Origin: a virus
Lineage: Duplodnaviria; Caudoviricetes
Length of the DNA: 41,187 nucleotides
IMG/VR virus record: IMGVR_UViG_3300037722_000450
Span: 1 to 41,187 of that record
Strand: one strand, 5' to 3'
Positions within the stretch are counted from its first letter, which is position 1. Every line of letters starts with the position of its first letter. Both the position numbers and the translations under genes were made by a program. The notes below the pieces were generated by a model, which was not told the DNA's origin, did no database searches, and saw nothing but the letters and a program-made list of their open reading frames with translations. This document shows, one piece after another, positions 1 to 8,449 of this stretch.

Positions 1-169
1 TCACTTGCGTATGTTGTCGAACCTTATAAGAAGCCTGCCCAGCGCGGGGCATCGAGTGAAGCTGAAATCTTTAGTGTGGCGAAAGTCGATACACCTGAAT
101 TACCCAGTGGCGTGAAAATAGACGAAGCCTTACGCGAAAAACGCGAAAACGAATTAGAGCAAGCGGCGC
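1..169 (+). repeat. Terminal direct repeat, left copy (circular assembly overlap)
   Basis: Matches 41019-41187 except 6 mismatches within 128-135. Confidence 0.97.
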
Positions 170-249
170 AAGATGGGCTAGATGAAATGTTTAAACGCCT
201 GCAAAAGGAATTAGAGGAAAATGGAGCACAAGCAATTCTGGCAGAATGA
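1..249 (+). CDS. Portal protein, C-terminal part (continues from 39825 across the junction)
   Basis: Frame 1 is open (SLAYVVEPYKK...AQAILAE*, TGA 247-249) and in frame with the ORF starting at 39825. Confidence 0.9.
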   Translation, partial: SLAYVVEPYKKPAQRGASSEAEIFSVAKVDTPELPSGVKIDEALREKRENELEQAAQDGLDEMFKRLQKELEENGAQAILAE

Positions 250-784
250 GGCTCAATTATTCTTTAGAGCGATATTCCCTGTTGCGGAGGCAACCGCCAA
301 AATCGCATTAGGGGATATGCTGACTGAACTTGAGATTTTAACAGGCAATTCATTTTCGCGGGACTTCATTAATGAAGAGGCGGTTAAAATTGCGCGTTTG
401 GTGGCGATGGATTCCACTGTTTCAGTGATTAGCACCAGTCGTAAGTTAGTCTTTAGCAAAACAGCCGATTGGATTGAATCCGGTCAACCCTTGCAAGCCC
501 TGATTGATGAGCTTGTGCCCGTTTTCGGCAAAGCACGGGCCAACGATATAGCCGTTACTGAAACAACGCGCCTGTTCGCTAAGGCTAATCTAGCCTCATG
601 GCGCGAGAGCGGGGTAGTACCTCGCAAGCGGTGGTTTACGGCGAATGATGAGATTGTTTGTCCTGTTTGCGGGCCACTTGAGGGTGAAACAGTTGATTTA
701 AATGCGAAGTTCAGTAATGGTGTAGAAAATCCACCTGCGCACAATAAATGCAGATGTGGGTTAATGCCCGACATGGAAGGTTAA
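221..784 (+). CDS. Minor head morphogenesis protein (SPP1 gp7 / Mu gpF-like)
   Basis: IAVTET, KRWFTANDEIVCPVC and PPAHNKCRC motifs; follows portal. Confidence 0.9.
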   Translation: MEHKQFWQNEAQLFFRAIFPVAEATAKIALGDMLTELEILTGNSFSRDFINEEAVKIARLVAMDSTVSVISTSRKLVFSKTADWIESGQPLQALIDELVPVFGKARANDIAVTETTRLFAKANLASWRESGVVPRKRWFTANDEIVCPVCGPLEGETVDLNAKFSNGVENPPAHNKCRCGLMPDMEG

Positions 785-785
785 G

Positions 786-1214
786 ATGGCTAAAGATATT
801 CAATTTGAAATTAAGGGTTTGGACAAATTAGAACGCAAATTTGCGAAGTTGGGGCGTGACTTTCCGGGTGCAATGCGTGATATGGCGAAAGAAGGCGCTC
901 TATTTGTGCATAGCAAAGTGCCGCCTGCACCGTCGGCACGTCCGGGTTCGCGCTATATTCGCACCAATAAATTATTGCAAACGCTGACGGCCAAAGATAA
1001 GAAGATTAGCCGCAATGAATATGCGGGGGTTATTGGCTCCAGTATTGAGTACGCGCCGTATGTCATCAGTGATACTAAAGGACTGAACCAGAAGGGGCCG
1101 CAAGCGTGGTTTCACAAAGGCGTATGGAAGGTTATACAGGATGTTATACGCGAAAATAAACGCGGTATCCTTGACATTTATAGAGAACGTATTGCACAAT
1201 TACTAAAGGATTGA
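786..1214 (+). CDS. HK97 gp10-like tail-completion protein
   Basis: IKGLDKLERKF N-terminus, Y.RT..L and IGSSIEYAPYV motifs. Confidence 0.7.
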   Translation: MAKDIQFEIKGLDKLERKFAKLGRDFPGAMRDMAKEGALFVHSKVPPAPSARPGSRYIRTNKLLQTLTAKDKKISRNEYAGVIGSSIEYAPYVISDTKGLNQKGPQAWFHKGVWKVIQDVIRENKRGILDIYRERIAQLLKD

Positions 1215-1217
1215 TCT

Positions 1218-1937
1218 ATGGAAACTAAGACTTTTCCATCCGCTGTAAAAGATATTGAAGGGAATACCGTCGTTGGGATTGCCTCTGTCTTTGGGAATAA
1301 AGATTCGCATGGCGATATTATGCACAGCGGAGCATTTACCAAAACCATAAGTGAACGTAGTCATCGATTCCGCTTTTTATGGCAACATGATTACTGGGAG
1401 CCACCCATCGCTAAGGTAGTGGTTATTCAGGAAGTCGGGCGGGATGCCTTACCTGCTGAAATTCTAGCACGGGATACGGACAATCAAATCACGGGCGGGT
1501 TAGAAGTAACACGTAAGTATTTGAACACCCCACGCGGGCTAGAGGTTTTAGAGGGTATTAAAGAAGGCGCAATTACTGAAATGAGTTTCGCCTTTGATGT
1601 CATCAAATCAGATTTTGGTGATGCCAATGAGACTAGTCAGAAAGTGCGCCATGTGCGCGAAGTCCGTTTATGGGAAGCAAGTGACGTGAATTGGGGCAGT
1701 AATCCTGCCACTCTGGGCGCTAAAGATATTGGTTTAGCCCATATGCGTCATTCTTTAAAAGATGTTATGGCTTTACTCGAATTGCTCAATAGCGATGTGG
1801 GGCAAGCCCTGACAACCATTAACAACCATACGACCCCTCAAAATGCCGAGTCGAGTCCCCTCTCACTCACTGAATTAGAGCGTCGGAGTTTAGATTTACG
1901 AATTGAATTAGCTCACCTATTGGAGGTTCAGCCATGA
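1218..1937 (+). CDS. HK97-family prohead maturation protease
   Basis: GIASVFGNKDSHGD, GAF, FLWQHD, EMSFAF, LWEASDVNWGSNP. Confidence 0.95.
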   Translation: METKTFPSAVKDIEGNTVVGIASVFGNKDSHGDIMHSGAFTKTISERSHRFRFLWQHDYWEPPIAKVVVIQEVGRDALPAEILARDTDNQITGGLEVTRKYLNTPRGLEVLEGIKEGAITEMSFAFDVIKSDFGDANETSQKVRHVREVRLWEASDVNWGSNPATLGAKDIGLAHMRHSLKDVMALLELLNSDVGQALTTINNHTTPQNAESSPLSLTELERRSLDLRIELAHLLEVQP

Positions 1938-3292
1938 ATGCTGAAACTTTGGTCAAACAAATTGACCAAGCCTTAACTGAGGTTCGAGCCATTCAAGCTA
2001 AATACACTGACTCAGAAATGCCTAAAGATGTGAGTGACGACTTGAATGCTCGTTTGGATAAGATTGACCAAATGAAGGTTAGTCTTGAATTAGATCGTCG
2101 CGCCCGTGCCAATGAAAACTTTTTGAATGAAAGTCAGGGCACTAAAGGCGCGCAGTTTCACGGTTTTCGTGAAGCTAGTGAAGATGAGGGCAACGCCCCA
2201 ATTGACCCGCAAGCATGGCGTTCGATGGAAGTGCGCATGGGACGTGGGCGCAATGCCGAAGTTGTTGAAGTTCGTTATCATGTCCCCCTCAATGTCCAAG
2301 ACCCTAATTATAAGTCTGCTTTTGAAAGCTATCTTGTGAAGGGTCGGCATGACATGGGCGGGAATGACCGCAAAACGCTGTATGAAGGTTTGGATAGCGC
2401 CGGCGGTTATTTAGTCCCTGAAGATTATCAGGCGCAAATGATTAAGAAAATCATGACGATGGCGGTAGTTCGTCAATATGCGCGTGTTATCACTACCAGT
2501 AGTGACCGCGTGGCATTCCCCAGTTTGAAATACACAGACGACGATAATTACACGTCAAGCGTACGGCTTGTATGGACTGGTGAACAACCTGCCAGTGCCA
2601 GTGTCCACCGCGCCACCACTAGCGACTATGGTTTGATTACCATTCCAGTGCATACCGCCATGTCATCTATTCCGGTGACAATGGATTTGCTCATGGATTC
2701 GGTGTTTGATCTAGAAAGTCATATCGCTGGCATGTTTGGTGAGGCTTTTGCCTTAGGCGAAGAATCCGTGTTTTGGACTGGAACAGGCGCGGGGCAACCG
2801 ACAGGCATCTTGCACGATGTAGATGGCACAAACGGAATTGCATCTGTTAACAGTGGTAGCGCGTCGACTTTGACGGCGGACGGCTTGATTGATTTGACTT
2901 ACGAAGTGCCTACGCAATACGAAATGAATGCGCGGGTCTTTTGGCGTAAGGCCACTGAAAAAGTCGTGCGTACGCTGGTAAATTCGACCACGGATGATTA
3001 TCTGTGGCCTGCGGTTGCGCAAGTTGGGGCATTTGGTGGCGTAGAACGTAGCATTGAAGGCTATCCGATTTCCCGCGCTGAATTTGTACCCGCTATTGCA
3101 GGCGATGATTTTCCAATCGTATTTGGTGATTTGCAAGGGTATTACATTGCAGATCGGGTCGGCATTTCTATCCAGCGCCTTGATGAGGTCTATGCTGAAC
3201 AAAACTTAGTGGCATTTTTAGCTAAGAAGCGCGTCGGTGGTCAATTGGCTGAACCGTGGCGCATCAAAGCTCAGAAAATCAGCAATAGTTAA
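1934..3292 (+). CDS. Major capsid protein (HK97 fold with delta domain)
   Basis: Helical N-terminus, GGYLVPE, GTGAGQPTGI, IVFGD, RVGG; follows protease. Confidence 0.96.
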   Translation: MNAETLVKQIDQALTEVRAIQAKYTDSEMPKDVSDDLNARLDKIDQMKVSLELDRRARANENFLNESQGTKGAQFHGFREASEDEGNAPIDPQAWRSMEVRMGRGRNAEVVEVRYHVPLNVQDPNYKSAFESYLVKGRHDMGGNDRKTLYEGLDSAGGYLVPEDYQAQMIKKIMTMAVVRQYARVITTSSDRVAFPSLKYTDDDNYTSSVRLVWTGEQPASASVHRATTSDYGLITIPVHTAMSSIPVTMDLLMDSVFDLESHIAGMFGEAFALGEESVFWTGTGAGQPTGILHDVDGTNGIASVNSGSASTLTADGLIDLTYEVPTQYEMNARVFWRKATEKVVRTLVNSTTDDYLWPAVAQVGAFGGVERSIEGYPISRAEFVPAIAGDDFPIVFGDLQGYYIADRVGISIQRLDEVYAEQNLVAFLAKKRVGGQLAEPWRIKAQKISNS

Positions 3293-3303
3293 GGTGGTGT
3301 GAC

Positions 3304-3708
3304 ATGATGGAAAATATTGGATTTGCCGAAGCATTCCCGGCATTGGCGCGGACGGCAAGCGCTAACGGTAGCGCTGTTGATTTAGCCTCCGAAGCGGCGG
3401 GTCAACATCAAGCCTTTATCGGGGCTGGTCCCGGTGGCCGCGCTCTCAAGGCTATTCTCTCAGTTGGTGCTAAAGGGGGCACAACCCCCACGCTGAATGT
3501 GAAACTGCAATATAGCGCAGACGGTAGTACGGGTTGGACTGACATTACAGGTGCAACCTTTACCGAACTTGACGACGAAGTTGGCCGTCAAGAAATTCAC
3601 TTTATCGCGCCCGAACGTTATGTACGGGCGGTGGCTACCATTGACGGTGGGGGTGGCGAAACGTTCACCTTTGCCGTGTTAATCTTAGGTGTAGAACGTT
3701 ACGGCTAA
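3304..3708 (+). CDS. Putative capsid decoration / head-associated protein
   Basis: Small, beta-rich, Gly/Ala/Thr-rich; directly after the capsid gene. Confidence 0.5.
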   Translation: MMENIGFAEAFPALARTASANGSAVDLASEAAGQHQAFIGAGPGGRALKAILSVGAKGGTTPTLNVKLQYSADGSTGWTDITGATFTELDDEVGRQEIHFIAPERYVRAVATIDGGGGETFTFAVLILGVERYG

Positions 3709-4322
3709 TGGCTGACTACGCAACGCTTACGCAGGTCAAGGCGCACTTATCCGATGGTATCACAGCTGGCGATACGCAGTATGATGCTATTTTGAGTGCG
3801 CTTATTACCCGCGTTTCGCGTTCTATTGATAAATTTACGAAACGTGCGCCGGATGCGTACAAAGTCGAAAGTGACGCAACCCGTTATTTTTCAGGGAGTG
3901 GGTCAGGGACTATATTCATTGATGAATTGGCAACTGACCCCACCTCAGTCGCGGTGGCTGAAAGTGGCGATATTACCGATTACACGACGTGGGCCAGTAC
4001 AGATTATATCCTAGCGCCCTACAATGCAAGCCAGTGGGGTAGACCCTACACAATGCTTGAAATTGACTTGCTGTATGGTACAAAAGCCACTTGGTATAAG
4101 TACCCCAAGGCAGTCAAGATTGTGGGTAAGTTTGGGTATAGCGAAACTGTCCCCCCTGAGATTGAAGAGGCGACGATTATCCAGACTGCCCGATTGTGGA
4201 AACGTGGGCAACAAGGCTTCGTGGACTTGTCGAGTATGGTGGAATTAGGCCAGCTCCAAATTCGCAAACTTGACCCCGATGTGTCCGAAATTCTATTGCA
4301 CTTTATCAGAGGGGTCATTTAA
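3708..4322 (+). CDS. Head-tail connector (gp6/gp15-like)
   Basis: YATLTQVKAHL N-terminus, G.FGY..VPPEIEEA; synteny. Confidence 0.85.
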   Translation: MADYATLTQVKAHLSDGITAGDTQYDAILSALITRVSRSIDKFTKRAPDAYKVESDATRYFSGSGSGTIFIDELATDPTSVAVAESGDITDYTTWASTDYILAPYNASQWGRPYTMLEIDLLYGTKATWYKYPKAVKIVGKFGYSETVPPEIEEATIIQTARLWKRGQQGFVDLSSMVELGQLQIRKLDPDVSEILLHFIRGVI

Positions 4323-4741
4323 TGAGCCTACAGGCCGCTGTACTGTATCTCAATGATATAGTTGGGGCAATTTCAGGCATTAACGGTGCGCCCGATTACC
4401 CCACCGAATCGCAAGGCACATTTCCTTTTTCGATTTGCTATCCCGGCTCAGGGGAGTTTGAATGGGAACCTTACGAGGCGTTGCGGGGTCGGCACATTAT
4501 TAATCTAGAAGTCCATTTCAATCGCAGTAATTTGGCAAAAGCGATGAAAGAAATGCTTCCGATGGTTGAAGCAGTCCGCGATGTTCTCAAAACCGACCCC
4601 ACGTTAGGCGGGAATGTCGATACTATAATTGCCAGTGGTGGTCAGGCTATCACCTATACAACTGTTTATGTTGAAATTGGCGAGGTTAAAACCATCGCCT
4701 TAAGATTCCGAATACCAGTCAAAATCAAGGAAGGCACGTAA
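4322..4741 (+). CDS. Putative tail terminator
   Basis: DPTLGGNV motif, size, position before the major tail gene. Confidence 0.65.
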   Translation: MSLQAAVLYLNDIVGAISGINGAPDYPTESQGTFPFSICYPGSGEFEWEPYEALRGRHIINLEVHFNRSNLAKAMKEMLPMVEAVRDVLKTDPTLGGNVDTIIASGGQAITYTTVYVEIGEVKTIALRFRIPVKIKEGT

Positions 4742-4989
4742 TGAACGTATTGTACAAGTATGTAGGCAAGGGTAGCTTTATCCCGGGTATTCCCGCGCGG
4801 GATATTCCGGAAAGTGAAGTGCATTTGTATGACATTAATGCGCTAGAAGGGTCAGGCCTTTGGGAAAAGGTCAAGCCAAGTAAATCTTCGTCTGCTAAGG
4901 TAGAAATTCCTGATGTCGGGACTGAAGATAAAATGAAAAAGCCCAGTCGCACGAATAAGCAAAGTGACGACTCAGAAGCCAAAGGATAA
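4741..4989 (+). CDS. Hypothetical protein
   Basis: RBS AAGGAAGG; TAATG coupling; GIPARD motif. Confidence 0.7.
   Translation: MNVLYKYVGKGSFIPGIPARDIPESEVHLYDINALEGSGLWEKVKPSKSSSAKVEIPDVGTEDKMKKPSRTNKQSDDSEAKG
4908..4921. promoter_or_regulatory. 14-bp palindrome, copy 1
   Basis: TCCTGATGTCGGGA. Confidence 0.6.
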
Positions 4990-4995
4990 ACGATT

Positions 4996-5994
4996 ATGGC
5001 GGGTATTAAAGCACTCCGCAAGCTTCAGTTCGGACGGGAAGGCACAGCGGGCACAGCCGTAGCCGCAACGACTATTTGGCGCGGCATGGGTACAATTCAT
5101 AATAAACCCACGGTTACCCAAGCTGAGGAAGATGTCGGCATTCTATTGAAGCCCCATCGCACCTATATCCCAAAGCACGAAGCATCCATTTCACTCGATA
5201 GCGTCCCGGCCACCTATCAACAACTCTTGCATATTTTAGAGGCGGGGGTCGCATCCGTTACGCCTGCCGCTGACGGCGCGGGGGATGGCTTTATCTATAC
5301 CTATCCATTCCCCACCACGACTGTACCCACTATCAAGACGTATACCATTGAAGGCGGGGATAATCAGCAAGCGGAGGAAATGGAATACGCCTTTGTGCAG
5401 TCCTTTAGCATCAGTGGCAACAATGGTGAAGGTCTCATGATGTCCGCTGAGTGGTTAGGTCGGCAAGTTACCAAAACCACATTCACCGGAGCGCTAACAT
5501 TGCCATCTGTTGAGGAGGTGTTATTTCAGAGAATGAAACTTTATATTGACGACGTGGGCGATGGCTTTGGTACAACGCAAGTCAGCAACACGCTTCTCAA
5601 TATGACCTTTGATTACACCACTGGCCTCATTCCGAAGTATACCGCCGACGGTAATCTGTATTTCAGTTTCGTGCAACAAACCGCCCCCACGGCCACACTG
5701 AATGTGACCTTTGAGCATAATACGGACGCGGTAGCTGAAAAAGATGCTTTCTTAGCAAATACACCCCGCGCAATCCGCTTAATTGCGGAGGGCTCCGCTT
5801 TTGGCACAGGGGGCACAGAATACGATAACCATACCCTCATTTTAGATATGGTGGGTGTGTACACTGAATTTAGTGCGCTGGGTGAAGTGGATGGCAATGA
5901 TATTTACGACGCTACCTTGACTTTAGGTTATGATGGCACGTTAGCGAGTGCGGGTGAAATTGTAGTTGTAAACGAACTGAGTGCTGTTCAATAA
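4996..5994 (+). CDS. Major tail tube protein
   Basis: Thr/Gly-rich, GREGTAGT N-terminus, YTIEGG; precedes chaperone and TMP. Confidence 0.85.
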   Translation: MAGIKALRKLQFGREGTAGTAVAATTIWRGMGTIHNKPTVTQAEEDVGILLKPHRTYIPKHEASISLDSVPATYQQLLHILEAGVASVTPAADGAGDGFIYTYPFPTTTVPTIKTYTIEGGDNQQAEEMEYAFVQSFSISGNNGEGLMMSAEWLGRQVTKTTFTGALTLPSVEEVLFQRMKLYIDDVGDGFGTTQVSNTLLNMTFDYTTGLIPKYTADGNLYFSFVQQTAPTATLNVTFEHNTDAVAEKDAFLANTPRAIRLIAEGSAFGTGGTEYDNHTLILDMVGVYTEFSALGEVDGNDIYDATLTLGYDGTLASAGEIVVVNELSAVQ

Positions 5995-5997
5995 CGA

Positions 5998-6360
5998 ATG
6001 ACATTCGATAGCACCGTAAAGGAAAATGAAAACATGGCAATAACGCAGATGAAACCGCCTGCGCAACCCGAATCAGAATTTAACAAGCTCTATGCGATTA
6101 AGTTAGATAAAGATCGCATCGACCAAGATTTGACAGTCGGGCAATATGTTGGCCTGCAAGAAGGTAATGTTAAGTCGATTGTGCAGATTTTGAGTAGGTG
6201 CGTATGGGATAAACGCAAACACACGTATCTTGACCCCAAGTTAGGTCAAAATATCATTTATGATTTGCCCCTGACTGAATTTAATCACGTCATGCGCACA
6301 CTCATTGATTACATTGATGAGATGGCTATCCCAAAAGAGAACGGGGAACTCTCCGAGTAG
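5998..6360 (+). CDS. Tail assembly chaperone (gpG-like; start may be 6034)
   Basis: Between tail tube and TMP; carries a slippery heptamer near its 3' end. Confidence 0.85.
   Translation: MTFDSTVKENENMAITQMKPPAQPESEFNKLYAIKLDKDRIDQDLTVGQYVGLQEGNVKSIVQILSRCVWDKRKHTYLDPKLGQNIIYDLPLTEFNHVMRTLIDYIDEMAIPKENGELSE
6330..6336 (+). promoter_or_regulatory. Programmed -1 ribosomal frameshift site C CCA AAA
   Basis: X XXY YYZ heptamer in the correct phase; the -1 frame is open from here to 6548. Confidence 0.85.
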
Positions 6361-6548
6361 CCTTGCTTAAAGGCTTGCCAATGCTTCCCCCGTGGTATGG
6401 AATTTTCAAAGCCGCCCGTGAATGGGGCATTGCGCCTTGGGAGATTGACCCCGATACGCCGCGTCTCATCTGGTATATACGCAGTCATTTTATCTGGAAT
6501 ATACGCGATGATAAACGCGCTAAAGATTTGGCTAAATTGGAAAAATAA
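6336..6548 (+). CDS. Frameshifted extension of the tail chaperone (gpGT-like)
   Basis: -1 frame RERGTLRVALLKGLPMLPPW...AAREWGIAPWEI...; ends 2 nt before the TMP start. Confidence 0.8.
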   Translation, partial: RERGTLRVALLKGLPMLPPWYGIFKAAREWGIAPWEIDPDTPRLIWYIRSHFIWNIRDDKRAKDLAKLEK

Positions 6549-6550
6549 AC

Positions 6551-8449
6551 ATGGCAGAAACACTTGAAATTCTAGTTGTCGCTAAAGACAAGGCCAGCAG
6601 TACTTTCAAAAGCATTGGCAATTCTATGTCCAGTGCTTTTAAGGTTGCCTCAATTGGAGCAGGGGTAGGTCTAGGCGCAATTGGAGTAGGACTAGCGGGT
6701 ATTATTACGCTAGGCATGGAAGGGGAGCGCGTGCAGGCGCAACTCAACAATGTTATCAAGTCCACCGGGGGCGTGGCGGGTGTAACCGCTGACGAAGCCA
6801 ATGCGTTAGCCGATTCGTTATCCAGAGTAACAAAATTCTCAGCTGATACCGTCATTGAAACTGAATCGATGTTGTTGACCTTTACGAATATCGGTGGCGA
6901 TGTGATGCCACGGGCAACTGAAACGGTGCTAGACATGGCGACGGCGCTTGGCACAGATACCCAAGGCGCGGCGGTTCAACTTGGTAAAGCCCTCAATGAC
7001 CCCATTAATGGCATTACCGCCTTATCCCGAGTCGGCGTTACGTTTACCGAAGAGCAAAAAGAACAAATTAAGGCGATGGTTGAAGCGGGGGACGTGGCCG
7101 GGGCGCAAGCAGTTATTCTAGATGAATTGGGTAAAGAGTTTGGCAATAGCGCCCGCGCCGCTGGCGATACGTTTGGTGGTAAGTTAACCATTCTTAAGAA
7201 TAAGTTGACTGATGTAGTCGAGACCCTAGGCATGAAACTCATGCCGCATTTATCTAAATTAGTGGATGTTTTAATTGATGACTTATTGCCTGAAGCGGAA
7301 AAATTAGGGGAGCGCATTGTCCCGGAACTTACCAGCGCCTTTAATCAATTAGCGGATGATTTACAGCCATTGATTGACCAATTCCTGACTTTTATTCAGG
7401 ATACAATCGTGCCCTTTGTACAAGATCATTTCCCTGCCATACGCAACGCACTCTTGGCAGTCGGGGCGTTATTTGCAGGCGCGGCGATTATTGGGGGTAT
7501 TTTGGCAGTTGGGGTAGCGATTGCGGCATTGGCTAATCCTATCACTTTAATTGTCTTGGCAGTAGCGGCACTTGCGGCGGCATGGACTGAGGACTGGGGC
7601 GGTATTCGCACCACCCTACAACCCATTATTGACGATATTGTGAAGTGGCTACAAGAGAATATCCCCATCGCAATTGCGGCGCTCAAAGTTGTGTGGGAAG
7701 AGGATTTGATGCCCCTACTCGAAGACTTGAAAGAGTTTTGGGATAATGACCTAGCGCCTGTCCTGAGTGATATTGCCAAGTGGCTACAAGAGAATATCCC
7801 GGTGGCAGTCGCGGCTCTCAAAACGGCATGGGAAGAGGACTTGATGCCAGCGTTGCAAGACTTGAAAGAGTTTTGGGATGAATCGTTATCGCCACTACTG
7901 AGTGCTATTGCAGACTGGTTTAGTGATAAAATCACGACTGCCATTGATGATTTTAAGACGGCATGGGACGAGGATTTAATGCCAGCCCTGCAAGACCTGA
8001 AAGATTTTTGGGATGAAACTTTAGAGCCACTATTTGCTGATCTCGTTGAGATGTTAGATACAACCCTCAATACAGCCATTGACGCGGCGGGTATAGCCAT
8101 TGGCGCGTTGCAAACAGCCTTTAGCCAATTGATTAAACCTATTGGCAATGTAGCCACCGAGATCGGAAAAGTAATGGATGTGTTTAATGATATGAAATCT
8201 GTCATTCCAGATGAATGGTGGCCGGGCAGTCCTACCGCGTTTGAGATGGGTATTCGTGGTATAGCCAATTCGATTCGAGACTTAGGGGGTGAGGCGGCTA
8301 CAACAGGCAATATATTGCAACCTACCGGGGGCAAACCACATAAGCAAGGCGGTACAACCAATTATAATCTGACTATCAATTCTAATGCGCAGACTGAAAA
8401 CTTGCGCAATGATTTTAACATCATGCGCGTATGGGGAGGCTTAAACTAG
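6551..8449 (+). CDS. Tape measure protein
   Basis: Ala/Gly-rich helical; LGKALNDP motif; hydrophobic segments; Trp-periodic repeats. Confidence 0.95.
   Translation: MAETLEILVVAKDKASSTFKSIGNSMSSAFKVASIGAGVGLGAIGVGLAGIITLGMEGERVQAQLNNVIKSTGGVAGVTADEANALADSLSRVTKFSADTVIETESMLLTFTNIGGDVMPRATETVLDMATALGTDTQGAAVQLGKALNDPINGITALSRVGVTFTEEQKEQIKAMVEAGDVAGAQAVILDELGKEFGNSARAAGDTFGGKLTILKNKLTDVVETLGMKLMPHLSKLVDVLIDDLLPEAEKLGERIVPELTSAFNQLADDLQPLIDQFLTFIQDTIVPFVQDHFPAIRNALLAVGALFAGAAIIGGILAVGVAIAALANPITLIVLAVAALAAAWTEDWGGIRTTLQPIIDDIVKWLQENIPIAIAALKVVWEEDLMPLLEDLKEFWDNDLAPVLSDIAKWLQENIPVAVAALKTAWEEDLMPALQDLKEFWDESLSPLLSAIADWFSDKITTAIDDFKTAWDEDLMPALQDLKDFWDETLEPLFADLVEMLDTTLNTAIDAAGIAIGALQTAFSQLIKPIGNVATEIGKVMDVFNDMKSVIPDEWWPGSPTAFEMGIRGIANSIRDLGGEAATTGNILQPTGGKPHKQGGTTNYNLTINSNAQTENLRNDFNIMRVWGGLN
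7643..8047 (+). repeat. Three 135-bp (45-aa) tandem repeats within the TMP
   Basis: AAGTGGCTACAAGAGAATATCCC at 7643 and 7778; WLQENIP..W.EDLMP.L.DLK.FWD pattern three times. Confidence 0.9.

Noticed and set aside
1-169. Biological direct terminal repeats or attL/attR
   Set aside because: The repeat falls in the middle of the portal gene, which fits an arbitrary assembly break of a circular or permuted genome.
7426-8361. 311-aa minus-strand ORF and other antisense ORFs
   Set aside because: They lie wholly opposite strong + strand genes and show no recognisable domains.
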